DNA of 64,000 nucleotides from Stegostoma tigrinum (Eukaryota): assembly GCF_030684315.1 (NCBI RefSeq), contig NC_081382.1, positions 24,918,276 to 24,982,275 of the forward strand. The letters run 5' to 3'. Of this stretch, positions 1 through 12,618 are shown one piece after another (the first letter of the stretch is position 1; the number at the start of each line of letters is the position of its first letter). Below the pieces are notes generated by a model that searched no databases, was not told where the DNA came from, and worked only from the letters and a program-made list of their open reading frames with translations. Both the position numbers and the translations under genes were made by a program.

Positions 1-514
1 ATATGTTTGTCAGTTGTATAAGACATCCAGCTGGCATACTCCCAGCAAAGCAGCAAAAATAGATTGTCAACCAGACAGCAAAGCAGTCACAAAATGCTGA
101 GTAAACCTGTGATATACAGTATTTGGTTTGTTTCCAATTAAAATAAGACATTCTGCAGTACAGCTGTTTGGAACATGAGATCTTCCCCTGTCTTTTGATA
201 TATTATAATTTCAGGTTAGTATATGAGCTGCATGCGTAAGGCTTAGATCCAAGAAAAGAGTTTTCAGATTACTTTCGTACACTTTCTATTTTCAGTAGGT
301 GTTATTTCCCCAATTTTGCAGCTTTATTTATGACCATGCAATTTGGTCTTGTTTTACAATATTCATAATTGTTGTGGTTTGAAACCTGTGGACTGGGGAT
401 CTGAAAGCACGATAATCAAGAGAAGTTGTATACAATGATGAGCTCAGGGGTATAGAGATACTGGGAGATGTTCAGAATAAGGGAACACTGAAACATGCTG
501 ACATTGCGGCAACA

Positions 515-2350
515 CTGAGAACATACAGCTCAGGAACAGGAGTAGGTCATTCAGCAAGTTCATGGCTGTTTTGTTCGTAATCTCAAATCCATATTCACAC
601 TCAGCCCTGATAACCTTTTATCCCCATACTTAAGAAGAATTTATCTATTTCTCCCTTAGAAGCATTCAAGAACTCCACTTCAGGAAGAGAGTTCAAAATA
701 CTCTTGACTCAATGAGAAAACAAACTTTACCTCATCCCTGTTTTAAATGGCAAGCCCTGATTTTCTTAAGATATTGACCTCTAGTTCATGATTTTCCCTT
801 ACGAAGGAATATTGCCTGCTCATTTACCCTGTCAGGATCTCTTATGCTTCAGTCGTTACTTCTTACTCTTCTAAACTCTTTATTCCATCTATCAGTCTGG
901 TAAACCAATGTATTTGCATCTTTTCTTAAATAATGTGATCAATTCTGTGTAGAGTGCTCCAGAATTGTTCTCCCTGATGCCCTGGAGAACTAATTAATCA
1001 TCTCTATACTTCTGTGTTCAGTTACCCTTGTGCAAAATGATAACATGCTACAAGCTTTCCCTATTACTTGCTGTACGTGCATACTAACCTTTTATGATTC
1101 ATACATGAGAACACTGAGACCTTTCCTGCACATCAGAGTTCTACAGTCTCTCACCACCGAGGGAATTCTTTTTCATTCTTGCTGATGAAATGGAAAATTT
1201 CACATTTGCCACACAATTACCTATGCTCTTAGCTTATATATATCTTCTTGTAGCCTTCATATGTCCTCTTCAAAACTTACTTTCCTCTCTGTGCCATCAG
1301 AAAATTTGGCAATTAAAATAACCATCCCTTGTATATATATTGTAAACAGTTGAGGCTCCAGCACCAATCCCTATGACCCACCATTCATTATATCAGCCAA
1401 TTTGAAAAAGACCCATTTAAGCCAACTGTCTGCTTCTATCCATGCCAATATACTATTCCGACAAGTTTGCTTTTATTTTTTCCTACTTGTTGGAATACAT
1501 CTATTCCATATATTCTGAAATATTCCCTTAAATATCTACCACCACATCTCCATTGAACCATCCTTTAACCTAATTTGCCAATCCACTTTATCCAACTCTG
1601 CTTTCATAGCCTTGTAATTACACTTTAAAAAATAGTCTCGGACCCACTGTCTTTCCCTCAAATGGAATGTAAAATTCAGTCATATTATCGCCACTGCTGC
1701 CTACAGGTACTTTCACAATGAAAATTATTACTAGGTCCTTATCTCATTACACAATACCAGGTCAAGAATAGTCTGTTGGGTGGTTTGCTCGAGAACATAT
1801 TTTTCTAAGAAACTATCCCAAAAAAATCATCTGACCTCTTCAGCCTCCCTTTGCCCATCTGACTTTCCTGGTCCACAAGTATATTAAAAGCTTTTATTTT
1901 AAACGCCATATCTTTCTGACAGCTCTCATTGCTTTTTTTTCCCTTTATGCTGCATGCTATCATATGTTTACTGTTAGGGGGCCTCTACACCTCCCTAACC
2001 AGTGACCTCTAACCTTTACAATTTCTCATTTCTGCTCAAACTGTTTCCACATATTGGTTTCCTGAAATTAATTCATCCGTCTCCATTGTGCAAATACCGC
2101 CATTAACTGACAGAGCCACCCTTCCACCGTTTCCTGTCATTCCTAAGTGTCCAATACCCTTCAAGATTGAGGCCCCTATCCAGATCATCCTGTAGCCTCA
2201 TTGGCTACAAGTCATACTTATTGACTTCCATTTGCACACCCAGTACATCTTTCTTTTTTCAAATGCAACCTGCATTCAGATTATGGAGCCTTTATTTTTA
2301 CTCTTACACTTTGTAAATTCTAGCCTTACCTGTTTGTTTGATCATTAGAT
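515..2350 (-). mobile_element. Old, heavily decayed CR1-type LINE (3' end on the left)
   Basis: Begins with a CR1-like tail (agaacatac..ggaacaggagtaggtcattcagc), followed by degenerate antisense RT-like tracts; no ORF. Confidence 0.55.
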
Positions 2351-3346
2351 TTGTACTCTCTCTCCCTTTCTCACTGTTGGTTGATTGTTTCCCCTTTTGC
2401 CTTGAGTCTACATCTTCCCAAATTTGACCTGCTACCTCCATTCTTTAGTTTATAATACTCACGACTTCCCAGGTTATGGACTTGACAAGAACATTGACCC
2501 CAGCACAGTTTGGATGGAGATTGATACAGATCCCACTTTCCCCAGTCCTGGTTTCAGTGCTCCATGAACAGAAACCCACATTCTCCCACACCGGTTACAC
2601 ACACATGCATACAAAGACCCACAGACAGACAGACACACGATGCCCTTCAGATAAATCTTAATTACCAATGTATTGAACATGCATAACAGGCTGACTTCCT
2701 AGTCTCTGTCTGCTTCCAGGCCCCACAGTTGCTTGGAGACTCTACAGTTTTAATGGATTAAGGGAATGATCATTCAGATGTTTTAAGTGAGCCACGTTTT
2801 TGGGGAAGGAACACGAATGTCATTGTAACCAAAATCTTAGATGAAAGATTGCATACCACCACCCCCAGTCAAAACCATAACATAGGCTGCAGTGGTTCAA
2901 GAATGCATTTCACCATCACTTCCCCAAGGACAGCACATGTTGGCCCAGCCCACATCACATGAGTGAGTAAAAAAATGAAAACTATGCCTTTGAGGATCTG
3001 CATCTTAACGTGAGAGCAGCTAGCTCCTCAAATTTACAATGCAGAACCACCTCCTTTGTCCTACCTATGTCGTAGTTACCTACACAGACCATGACAACTG
3101 GATTCTCCTCCTCCTACTCCAAGTTCTTTTCCAACTTGAGCATATATTGCAAGCCCTGACAACAGGCAGCAGTACCTTTGTCTGGATTCATGCTGGTTGG
3201 AGCCATACCTGGAACATAGAAAGATGGATGTAGTTGTCGGATGTCAGTTATCTCAGCTCCAGGACATCTCTGCAGGAGTTCCTAAGGGTAATGTCTCAGA
3301 CCCAACCATCTTCAGTTGCTTCATCAGTTGTGTTTTCTCCCACTAG

Positions 3347-4514
3347 GAGGTATACACAGTGCAGTGACATGGAGAGGTGTACACGGTGCACTGACATGGG
3401 GGGTGTACACAATACACAGGAAAATGTACACAATGCAATGACATGACACGGGAGGTGTACAAATGCAGTGACATGGGGAGGTGTACACAACGCAGTGACA
3501 TGGGGAGATGTACACAATGCAGCGACAAGGGAAGATGTACATAATGCAGTGACACAGGGAGATGTACATAATGCAGTGACAAGGGAACATGTACATAATG
3601 CAGTGACATGTGGAGTCGTACACAATGCAGTGACATGGGGAAGTGTACACAGGGAGGTGTACACAATGCAGTGACACACGGAGGTGTGTACAGAGAGGTG
3701 TACACAATGCAGTGACACGGGGAGATGTACACAATGCAGTGACACAGGGAGGTATACACAGGGACATGTATACAAGGAGGTGTATACAATGCAGTGACAT
3801 GTGGAGATGTACACGGGGAGATGTACACACTGCAGTGACACATGGAGGTGTACACAATGCAGTGACATGGGGAAGTGTACACAGGGAGGTGTACACAATG
3901 CAGTGACACACGGAGGTGTGTACAGAGAGGTGTACACAATGCAGCGACACGGGGAGATGTACACAATGCAGTGACACAGGGAGGTATACACAGGGACATG
4001 TATACAAGGAGGTGTATACAATGCAGTGACATGTGGAGATGTACACGGGGAGATGTACACAATGCAGTGACACGGGGAGATGTACACAATGCAGTGACAC
4101 ATGGAGGTGTACACAATGCAGTGACATGGGGAAGTGTACACAGGGAGGTGTACACACGGAGGTGTATATGGAGAGGTGTACACAATGCAGCGACACACGG
4201 AGGTGTGTACAGAGAGGTGTACACAATGCAGCGACACGGGGAGATGTACACAATGCAGTGACACAGGGAGGTATACACAGGGACATGTATACAAGGAGGT
4301 GTATACAATGCAGTGACATGTGGAGATGTACACGGGGAGATGTACACAATGCAGTGACACGGGGAGATGTACACAATGCAGTGACACATGGAGGTGTACA
4401 CAATGCAGTGACATGGGGAAGTGTACACAGGGAGGTGTACACAATGCAGTGACACACGGAGGTGTATATGGAGAGGTGTACACAATGCAGCGACATGGGG
4501 AGATGTACACAGGG
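3347..4514. repeat. Minisatellite with a 27-bp unit (TGTACACAATGCAGTGACACGGGGAGA), 13-14-bp half-units and higher-order blocks
   Basis: Unit read directly, e.g. 4054-4080. Near-identical ORF translations starting at 3643 and 3875 show a 232-bp block duplication. Confidence 0.95.
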
Positions 4515-6125
4515 AGTTGAACATGAGGCAGCAACATGATGAGAAGTGTGGCTGTGTAGCCCCTCCACATTTAACTTCGATTTCCAGGAAAAGTGGCCAG
4601 GCTCAGAGTGCTCCTGGGAAACCAGCCTCCTGGTCAATAGAGAGAATGTAAATGGCTACCTATCTCACTACCGAACCCTATTTGAGACTGATCGTCTTAT
4701 CGAACGGAGAGTGTTAGAGACACACATACAGAGAAACTGGGACGCACACACACATTATAACATAGAGAGACCAGGCAGCACAGTGACCCATTGTAATACT
4801 GAAACTCTCAGAGAGTAAGGAGCCTAGCTGTGTATAATCTGTGACCACATTGTAGCGTACATCCTGCTGGATTGTGGCCTGATGTGGAGATGAAAGGATC
4901 AGAATCAGTCTTTGTTGCCCCTGAAAAATCAGGACAGATATGTGCAATCCCAAGACCCAAGGGAGGCATGCGCCTTGTGCCAATGAGCCAGCGTGCCTAT
5001 GTGTCAAAGCCATTATTGGAGTCCAACCTCTGACCTGCTAGCTGTCAATTCCTGGTGTGAGAGTGAACCCAGATGCATTTCTACCCAAATGAGGAGCAAA
5101 TCGGGCTCAGCAGTGTGGTTTCTCTGTTTGAACAGGCTGACGCTAGCTATTGTTTAAACTTCATTATGAAGAATGAGTGTTCATGTGCTAGATTGCTGAT
5201 ACTTGTCAAACTGTGCTCCAGTGAAGTCAGCACCTGTAGATGAGGTGTAATAAAGTAGCAATGCAAACAGTATGAGCACATATGTCAAAATAACCAAGAT
5301 CATTTTATAAATTGTTCAGCTAGCTTATTATCATCCTCAAATCTCAAAAAAACAGAAGCTAATCAATCCCAGAAATAAGGATTTATTGATATTTTGATTG
5401 CTGATATGTGTGGTAAATTGGAGTAATGAGACCTTGGGCTGTACCTGGGATTAGACAGCAGTAATTAAATGAAACACTTCATTACCTGGAAGCCAAGACC
5501 ACTGCAGCTCTGTAGATCACATGTTGTAAAGCACACTTACTTGTAAAAGAACGACCACATAACAAGCTGAATCCTTTATTGGCTTCATTTGTTGTCATGA
5601 TCAGGATTAGTTCAAATGAACAATAATGCCAGATCATCACCTTATCATGTGAAACCCAATACTTGAACAAACAGGTAACACATTCCTCCTCTGTCACCAT
5701 CCTTTTGTTCTTTGAATTAACTATTTTTTGAATAACTCAGAAGAGGTTAGCTGAAATAAATCCAAGAATGAGGGTGAATTAGACTCAGCAATGTTTAAAC
5801 GAGAAAAGTAGGCATGTAAGATTAAAGAATGGTTAACCAATTAAAGATTGATGTCTTCTTAAGTGCCTGGTATCATTTTGTATATCAGAATAATTACTAC
5901 ACATTGTTAATTGGCTTATAAGCATTCAGCCACTGAGCTCATTCAGTGGTCTACTTAATGGAAAGTGCTGCTAAAATAGTTTCTTACTTGATTATTTTTC
6001 ATTTAAATTTGAAATTGCATTACTGGATTAACCCTAAGGAGGTTTAATGATTTTGAAACCTTCCTCCATTGGCTACCCACAGTCACTTCTTTTCTGCTTT
6101 CCACTTGCTTTTCAATGAAATCTAT

Positions 6126-6221
6126 TCTCTGATGAAGGGTCTAGGCCTGAAACGTCAGCTTTTGTGCTCCTGAGATGCTGCTTGGCCTGCTGTGTTCATC
6201 CAGCTTCACACTTTATTATCC
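6126..6221 (+). mobile_element. Short Penelope-derived element with a hammerhead ribozyme core
   Basis: CTGATGA-A-GGGT-CTAG-GCCT-GAAAC-GTC at 6129-6156, followed by the family body (gatgctgcttggcctgctgtgttcatccagc). Confidence 0.75.
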
Positions 6222-6710
6222 TTAAATTCTCCTGTTAGTTTTCAGCATATCTGACCTCTCATCAAAAAGCATTTAATGCCTAGTTGTCCAGTATAGTGCA
6301 ATTCAATGGGTAAAATGGTGAACTTCTTTGGGAGGCATCCAAAGGGTTGTTAGATAAATTTGAATGTAGTTGTGGTTCAGGTTCCTCTGTCTGTGATCAC
6401 TCAGCAATACTGGATATACAGACCACGCAGCTCCAGTCTGTGTTGGTGAATGTTACGGCTGGTGTCTGTTGTGGCCCAGTGAGGACATAACTTTAACAAA
6501 TGTAAATTGTGAGCCTTTAAAATCAGGCTTGGCCAACCTCTCTGCATAGGCCAACGTGTCAGTTTTTCACTCACTTGAAGGGCTTGTGAGCAAATATTAG
6601 AAAGCTAATGTTTGCCACAACAGAAAATTTGCATGTCAAATGATACAATTCCAAGGAACAAACTGATCATTAAGTGCCAAGCAGTGTAGAAAACTAGTCA
6701 AACTTTTCGC

Positions 6711-6807
6711 TGATAATAAAATGTGAGGCTGGATGAACACAGCAGGCCCAGCAGCATCTCAGGAGCACAAAAGCTGACGTTTCGGGCCTCGACCCTTCAT
6801 CAGAGAG
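6711..6807 (-). mobile_element. Short Penelope-derived element with an intact hammerhead core
   Basis: The reverse complement of 6776-6803 is CTGATGA-A-GGGT-CGAG-GCCC-GAAAC-GTC; same body as 6126-6221, inverted. Confidence 0.75.
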
Positions 6808-9800
6808 CAAACTTTTCTCTTTTGTCTTTTTGGTTAAGAAGCAGAGTGAGAGGTAGATGACTGGGCCTAAAGTTGTGATCGCCAGGTAAATGGCTGGCAG
6901 CAGGGCCAAGCCAAGGAATTCACAAAGACTGACCTTGGCTTGCCTCCAGTGGGGGCACACTCTGAGCTTTTACCTCAGCACAATGCACATGGAAATGGGG
7001 CTCAGAAATGAGTTACCCTTCAGACTGGCTTTGCCTCATCTCCCAGCATGCTTTGTGGATTGATCTTTGGGGCAGGTGTGGCAGGGTTGGACAGTGAGTG
7101 CCCACTCAAGCAACACAAGATGGAAGAGATTGAAAGAGTATTCTTCTCTCACGACACTGTGAGCCACCTCTTAGAGGTGCCATGAAGCCAAAGGCAGTGT
7201 GCAGTGACAGAGAGAAACAAAAACACGTGAAGTCTTCATCAATTGTTTCTTGATCAGAAGAATTAACAAAACAGAAGGGGTGTGTGTGAAGAAATGAATT
7301 TGAAACTCAGGTTTGTCAACTCATTTGATGAAAAATATTTAACTTCAGAAGGAAAAAAAATCATTAAAAATAATTATGTGGTCCTAATGTTTGCACTCTG
7401 TCGTCCTGGCTAAAAGATTCATGTTGTCCTGGAAACTATAACAGGTTTCCATTGCCACCCCTGTCTGTGCAAGTAGAAAAGTAACGGAAATAAATCATCT
7501 CATGTCAGATAAGCCTGACTCGCTTCACAATCTCTGCCTGTGTGGTATCATGACTGCTGTGTACTCAAGGGGCAGAAGTCTTTGGGGAATAATGGGATTC
7601 CACGCTGCTTTCTGGTGTAAGTGACAAAACAACTTGCATGTGTAACCATTTCCGAGCTGCAATAATCTGAGACAAGAGTGCATCTTCAGAAGGGAATGCA
7701 TCTTGTTGTTTGGAAACTTGAGCATTTAAAAATAAGAAATGTTGACTTGCTCCTTCCTTCTCTGGAGTATTTGTATAAAGTGGTTGGAGATTTTACTGGA
7801 TATATTTCCATATTAGTAATCCAATGGTTTAAAAATTCATCCTCAATAGAATCTCCAAAAAATATAACAGCACTTTAACCATTAAATTGCAAGGCCCTCA
7901 TTTATACCCTTGATTTAATTTTCAGATAGTAAATGATTCCTGGGGTCTTCTGCACCAGATTCTTGAATGTCAATCTAGTGTAAAATCTTTTTAAATTATC
8001 GAATATAAGAGATGAACTCCGAAGTAATTACAAATTCTTATTATTGCAGAAATACTGTTGTGTATTCCTGCTAGAAACCCAAAGCAATACAAGGCGCAGC
8101 AACATTTATTTATAATGAATTGCACTGAAAAGCTCATCATTGGTTGGGGAGTCTGTTGATGATTTTGGCTTCTTAACTTGCAATCCCTTGATTACTTTGA
8201 CCGAATGCAACATGTCTGACATTTTGCTTGACACTGCTTTGGATAAAATAATGATATTTTCTCGCTCACAAAAATGCAGAGTCCCTACAGGCTTAACATG
8301 TCTGCATATCTTAAACAGAGAAGCTACTTTTGCTGGGAGGAAGAAACCAGTAGAACAGGGTAAAGGGGGTGCTTTCTAGTATCTTACAAGTTCTTTTTCT
8401 TAATTGATCTGATTGGGCATATAATCCAGATCTGGTATAGGGCATTGTGCGTGCATTAATGTTCCTTTACAGATCTGCCCTGGTCGAGCCAGATTTGCAA
8501 AGGTGCAAATTTTTCCCTTAGAACCCACCCCCTACGTTGTCATTTCATAAAGCTGCTGACCCATGCATTGGGTGAAACCATATGCAAATGGACTTTATCC
8601 TCTAATTTTTTTTCTTCTTCTATTTTCTGACATCAAATTGGCACAAAAGAGCATTCGACAGTGCCATGACCAGTCTGACAGGTGTACTATCGGACTCTGG
8701 CAGCACGGCCTATTCAATGTCAGAGAAAGAAGCAATAATTAGAGCAAAGAACAGAATGAACGTCAAACGAATTACCAGGCAGCAGCTCATATTTGTCAGG
8801 AAGGATTGCATACATAAGAATTAAGTGACAGTACATGCCCGAGTAATGAAAGAGAAATGAAAGATTTGCCCAAACATAGCGCGCAGGATACATGCGTATG
8901 TCTAGCTGGAAGCAAAAGCGAGTAGCCTCGACAAATTATGCTGCCGGAGTTTTGAGAACCGTTATTTTTGCAGATATTCAGAGCCTGTAATTTGTTCAAT
9001 GATCGATTTGCCGTAGCACTTCAATGGTGTGTGTTCTGAAAAATTTCCCATCTCGTCATTAAAGGTGGTCTGCAATTCTTTTTGGTCTAAGAATACTGTT
9101 TGAGAATTCAGATTTGACTGCAAATACTAGGCAAGCCCCTGGTCGAAACACGTAAGTGCGCTTCTGCGGTGGATGATTTCAACAATAACCAAAATAAATT
9201 ATGTTCAAATGCTGAAACTCTGAAGCTTCATATCGACGCAAGTACTTTTAAACTGAAGTGTGCAATAAGAGCATTCACACCAGTTTTATGTTGCTGTGTG
9301 GTTTGAAGGTTTAAATTATCGAATATAAGAGATGAACTCCGAAGTAATTACAAATTACTAAAAAATATAATGTTTTACATGGAGTTGACATCTTAGTATC
9401 CCAGTTTGCAAAAAGCATGGGTTATGGACAGCCCCTCCTCCCAGGCAAACCCCCACTGACCAACTCATTTTCTCTGTAAATTGCTAAGAGCTGAAGGAGA
9501 ACAAGGAGTCTGGGTTGATGTAATTTACTAACATGAGATTATATCCAAAAACGTAAGGAATCGTCTTCAAAATCTAAGCTATTTGTTAATTATTTTCCAT
9601 TTGCATTGTCTTGTGTCCTTCATATCAGTTACATTGTTCAGGAAACTAGTCTCACAAAACTGAGCCACATATTACCGAATAACTTCAGATCTGAGTGATG
9701 AGAATCAGACTAGCCGCACCATTCCAAAGATAAAGCCATTCCGAAGCCAGGCAAACATGCTGGAATGAGATGAATGGGCAAGTTTAGCATTGGGATGGTT

Positions 9801-10446
9801 GTGGGATTTGAGAAGCAGTGTGAGTTTAAATTCCCAAGGAATGGAAACATGCCAGGGAGCCAACTCCAAGGTGCTGATTTTTTGGGAAAGTCCCAGGAGG
9901 TAGGTTGGCTTTTTTTTAAAAAAAAGATGTTTATGAGGCCACTGCTTCAGGGGTAACCAGTTGCAGAGACCTGGCAGCTGCAGCAAGGTGGAGCATTCAT
10001 GGTTAACCAGGAGGCGTGGGGATGCTGCCACGAAGCTCAGTGACCTACAGCCTCCCCACCCCCACACATTACAACCCCTTCTGTACCTGGTACTTCCTCC
10101 AGGATCAACCTCCTCCCTCCTAGGGTAGGACAGCGCCCCCCCCCCCTCCACCCACCCATCCACCCACTGGAGAATTAGACCTGTCCCCAACCCCCCCACC
10201 CCGATCAGCACCCTGGGATTCGGGTTTAGATTCCCCTCCAGCCCAACCCTATCCCCAAGTTCAGAGATCAGAGACTACATCTTACTAACACTTGGGGTCA
10301 GGGATTGAATCTCCCAGATCTTCCAGGGTGGTGTAGCAAGATGCTAGGCTGTTCGTCAGATCAGACACATGGGGCTCGGAATCTGTCAATGGTACCCGAT
10401 ACATTCACAGCAGGCAGGACAGGGTTAACATCCCTCCCATGTCACT

Positions 10447-10532
10447 GTCTCACTCACTCACTAACTCATTCGCTCACTCGCTCACTCACTCACTGATTCA
10501 TTCACTCATTCACTAACTGACTCACTCACTCA
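10447..10532. repeat. Imperfect (CACT)n microsatellite
   Basis: ctcactcactcactaactcattcgctcactcg... Confidence 0.9.
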
Positions 10533-10797
10533 CGCCGACCCCAAGTGTTTTAACAAGAAGGAAATAAATAGCCTTGGAAAAGTGGGAGTTGTGAAAAGTT
10601 CCATTTGTTGTTCCGCAAAACTACATTTATAAAACCAAGTGAATGAAATAGATGGTGAAAACTCAGGCTCTGAGCAGCTTTGCCCCACATATAATCCCAG
10701 GATGAACAAGAGTCAAAATGCATGATTTAATTTGTGATAGGTAGAGTGGGGAGGATCTGATGTTGACTGCAGAGATTAAGCAGGTGGGGTGGCGGGG

Positions 10798-11298
10798 GGG
10801 CACTTGTGGTGTGGAGATGGAGTCTCTACTCCTGGACCAGGAGGCCCAGGCCCAAATCCCACCGGCTGCAGAGGTGTGTAATAACATCTCGGAGCATGTT
10901 AATTTGAAAAATAGGTTAAATTAAAACAATTAAGTAGAGGCTTCTGGGGATCTTATGATGCCATGGTGGTGTCCTTACCTCTGAGGCAGGAGGTTCAGGT
11001 TCAAGTCTAACCTGCTCTAGAGGTGGGTAATAAAATATCTAAACGCATGGAGGAAGGGCCTGTTGTGGTGCAGAGGTAGTGTTTCTCCCTCTGAAGCAGG
11101 AAGCTGCAGTTCAAGTCCGACCTGCTTGAGAGGTGTGTAATAACATTTCGGAATGGGTTGATTCGTAAAATAACCACTTATATCTTACGGATGATTTAAA
11201 ATAATCTCCCTATCTCTGAGTCAGCATGACTGGGGTACAAGACCCACTTCCTACAGAGGTGTATAATAAGAACTCTGAGCAGATTGGTTAGGAAAATA
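10798..11298 (+). mobile_element. Four head-to-tail diverged copies of a ~115-bp tRNA-derived SINE
   Basis: Motif AGAGGTG(T/G)(G/A)TAATAA at 10870, 11019, 11129 and 11255. B-box-like GGTTCAAGTC at 10998-11007, A-box-like TGGTGCAGAGG in copy 3, and AAAATA ends. Confidence 0.7.
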
Positions 11299-12546
11299 CC
11301 TAAGCATATGGGGGAGAAAGAGATGCCCAGCTGTGCTCATCTGAGCTAGTGTTAGAATCAAAACGGGCGAAGATGGCTTAACCCTTCCCAATGGGTAGAG
11401 CTGCAGCTCATTCCACATCATACTTATATACTTGTCCACATGTTTTCCCATTGCTGAAAGTAGGTGGCCTCATGTCAGTTGATTGCACAGGGAAAAAAAA
11501 CAGTAATAAAGGAGATTACTTAAGTAACGACAAAGGTTCAGAAACAGCATAGATATCTGACAGGATTGCAGAAATAAACTATAGACAATTCACCAACAGA
11601 TACAAAAATGTTCAGATTAAGAATTTACCTCATTTCCAGGATACACAGGGCGTTAGAGAAGTCACAAGAACATTTCTGTATCCACTTTGTATCGCCTTTC
11701 TTTGCAGCACACACTCACACGTGTAACATGGGAGGGATTTGTGCTTTCCAACACTAAAGGGGAGAGATTTTCACAAGGCCAAGTAATGGCCCTTGTTGCC
11801 TACACTGCTTCACGTACGTTTGAACAGTTTGATCCACTTGGACGTGCCCAAAAACTGCAATTATATTCTCATTTTTGATAAAGTTATCCTCCAAATAACA
11901 AGCATGTATAAAGCCGTTTGGATGACCCAATAAAATACGACAATGTGGAGAAATTGTACCCAAAGTTCCTTAAGCTTCCACACAAATTCGAATGTGATTT
12001 TCATGGGACACATAATTTAAAAATATTTAATTTAAAAAGAGAGACCGATATAAATATGTTGAAATGATTGTAATAAAGAAATGAGCTCCCTACTGGAAGC
12101 ACCTCCTTTTAGCTCAATGGTTGTGCGTTTGACTCTTATTCCAAACAAGTCAGGAACACTGTCAAACTGACAATTTTCGGCTAATCACTTCTGAAGGTAG
12201 CTGCAGCTAAGGAAAAACTGAAGGGAATCATTTTCATTGCTCCATGTCTGTGGGTCGATGCATAATTTTGACAGATTCAGACTGAAACACAAGCATCAGA
12301 GTTGTGGCCCCATGCTCCTTCCTAACACAAAGTTACTCAGTAGAGGAGAAAGTGGTTGTTATAATTATGTGAAAAATTATGTCCTAGTGGTCAAAAAAGC
12401 ATATGACTGCGATAGTTCTGCAATGTGTTTTACTTAACATGCTGGGGTTGTTTTTAACTTGTGGCCCACACTTCTTTCTGACTTAAGCGATATATTTTTG
12501 CAATGTTAACGGGTGTTTAATTGTGGAGTGAGGATAATTCTGGTGA

Positions 12547-12618
12547 ATTGTAGATTTTGGGCCCAGTTCAGCATGGCATCATTGTAGATTTTGGGCCCAG
12601 TTCAGCATGGCATCATTG
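12547..12618. repeat. Perfect 34-bp tandem duplication
   Basis: attgtagattttgggcccagttcagcatggcatc at 12547-12580 and 12581-12614, followed by attg. Confidence 0.95.

Noticed and set aside
3347-4514. CRISPR-like array
   Set aside because: The units are contiguous with no unique spacers, there are no cas genes, and the context is a eukaryotic intron.
3296-4637. Three 393-437-aa Cys/His-rich ORFs (zinc-finger or keratin-associated-like)
   Set aside because: All three reverse frames are open only because the 27-bp repeat lacks stop codons; there is no domain or splice evidence.
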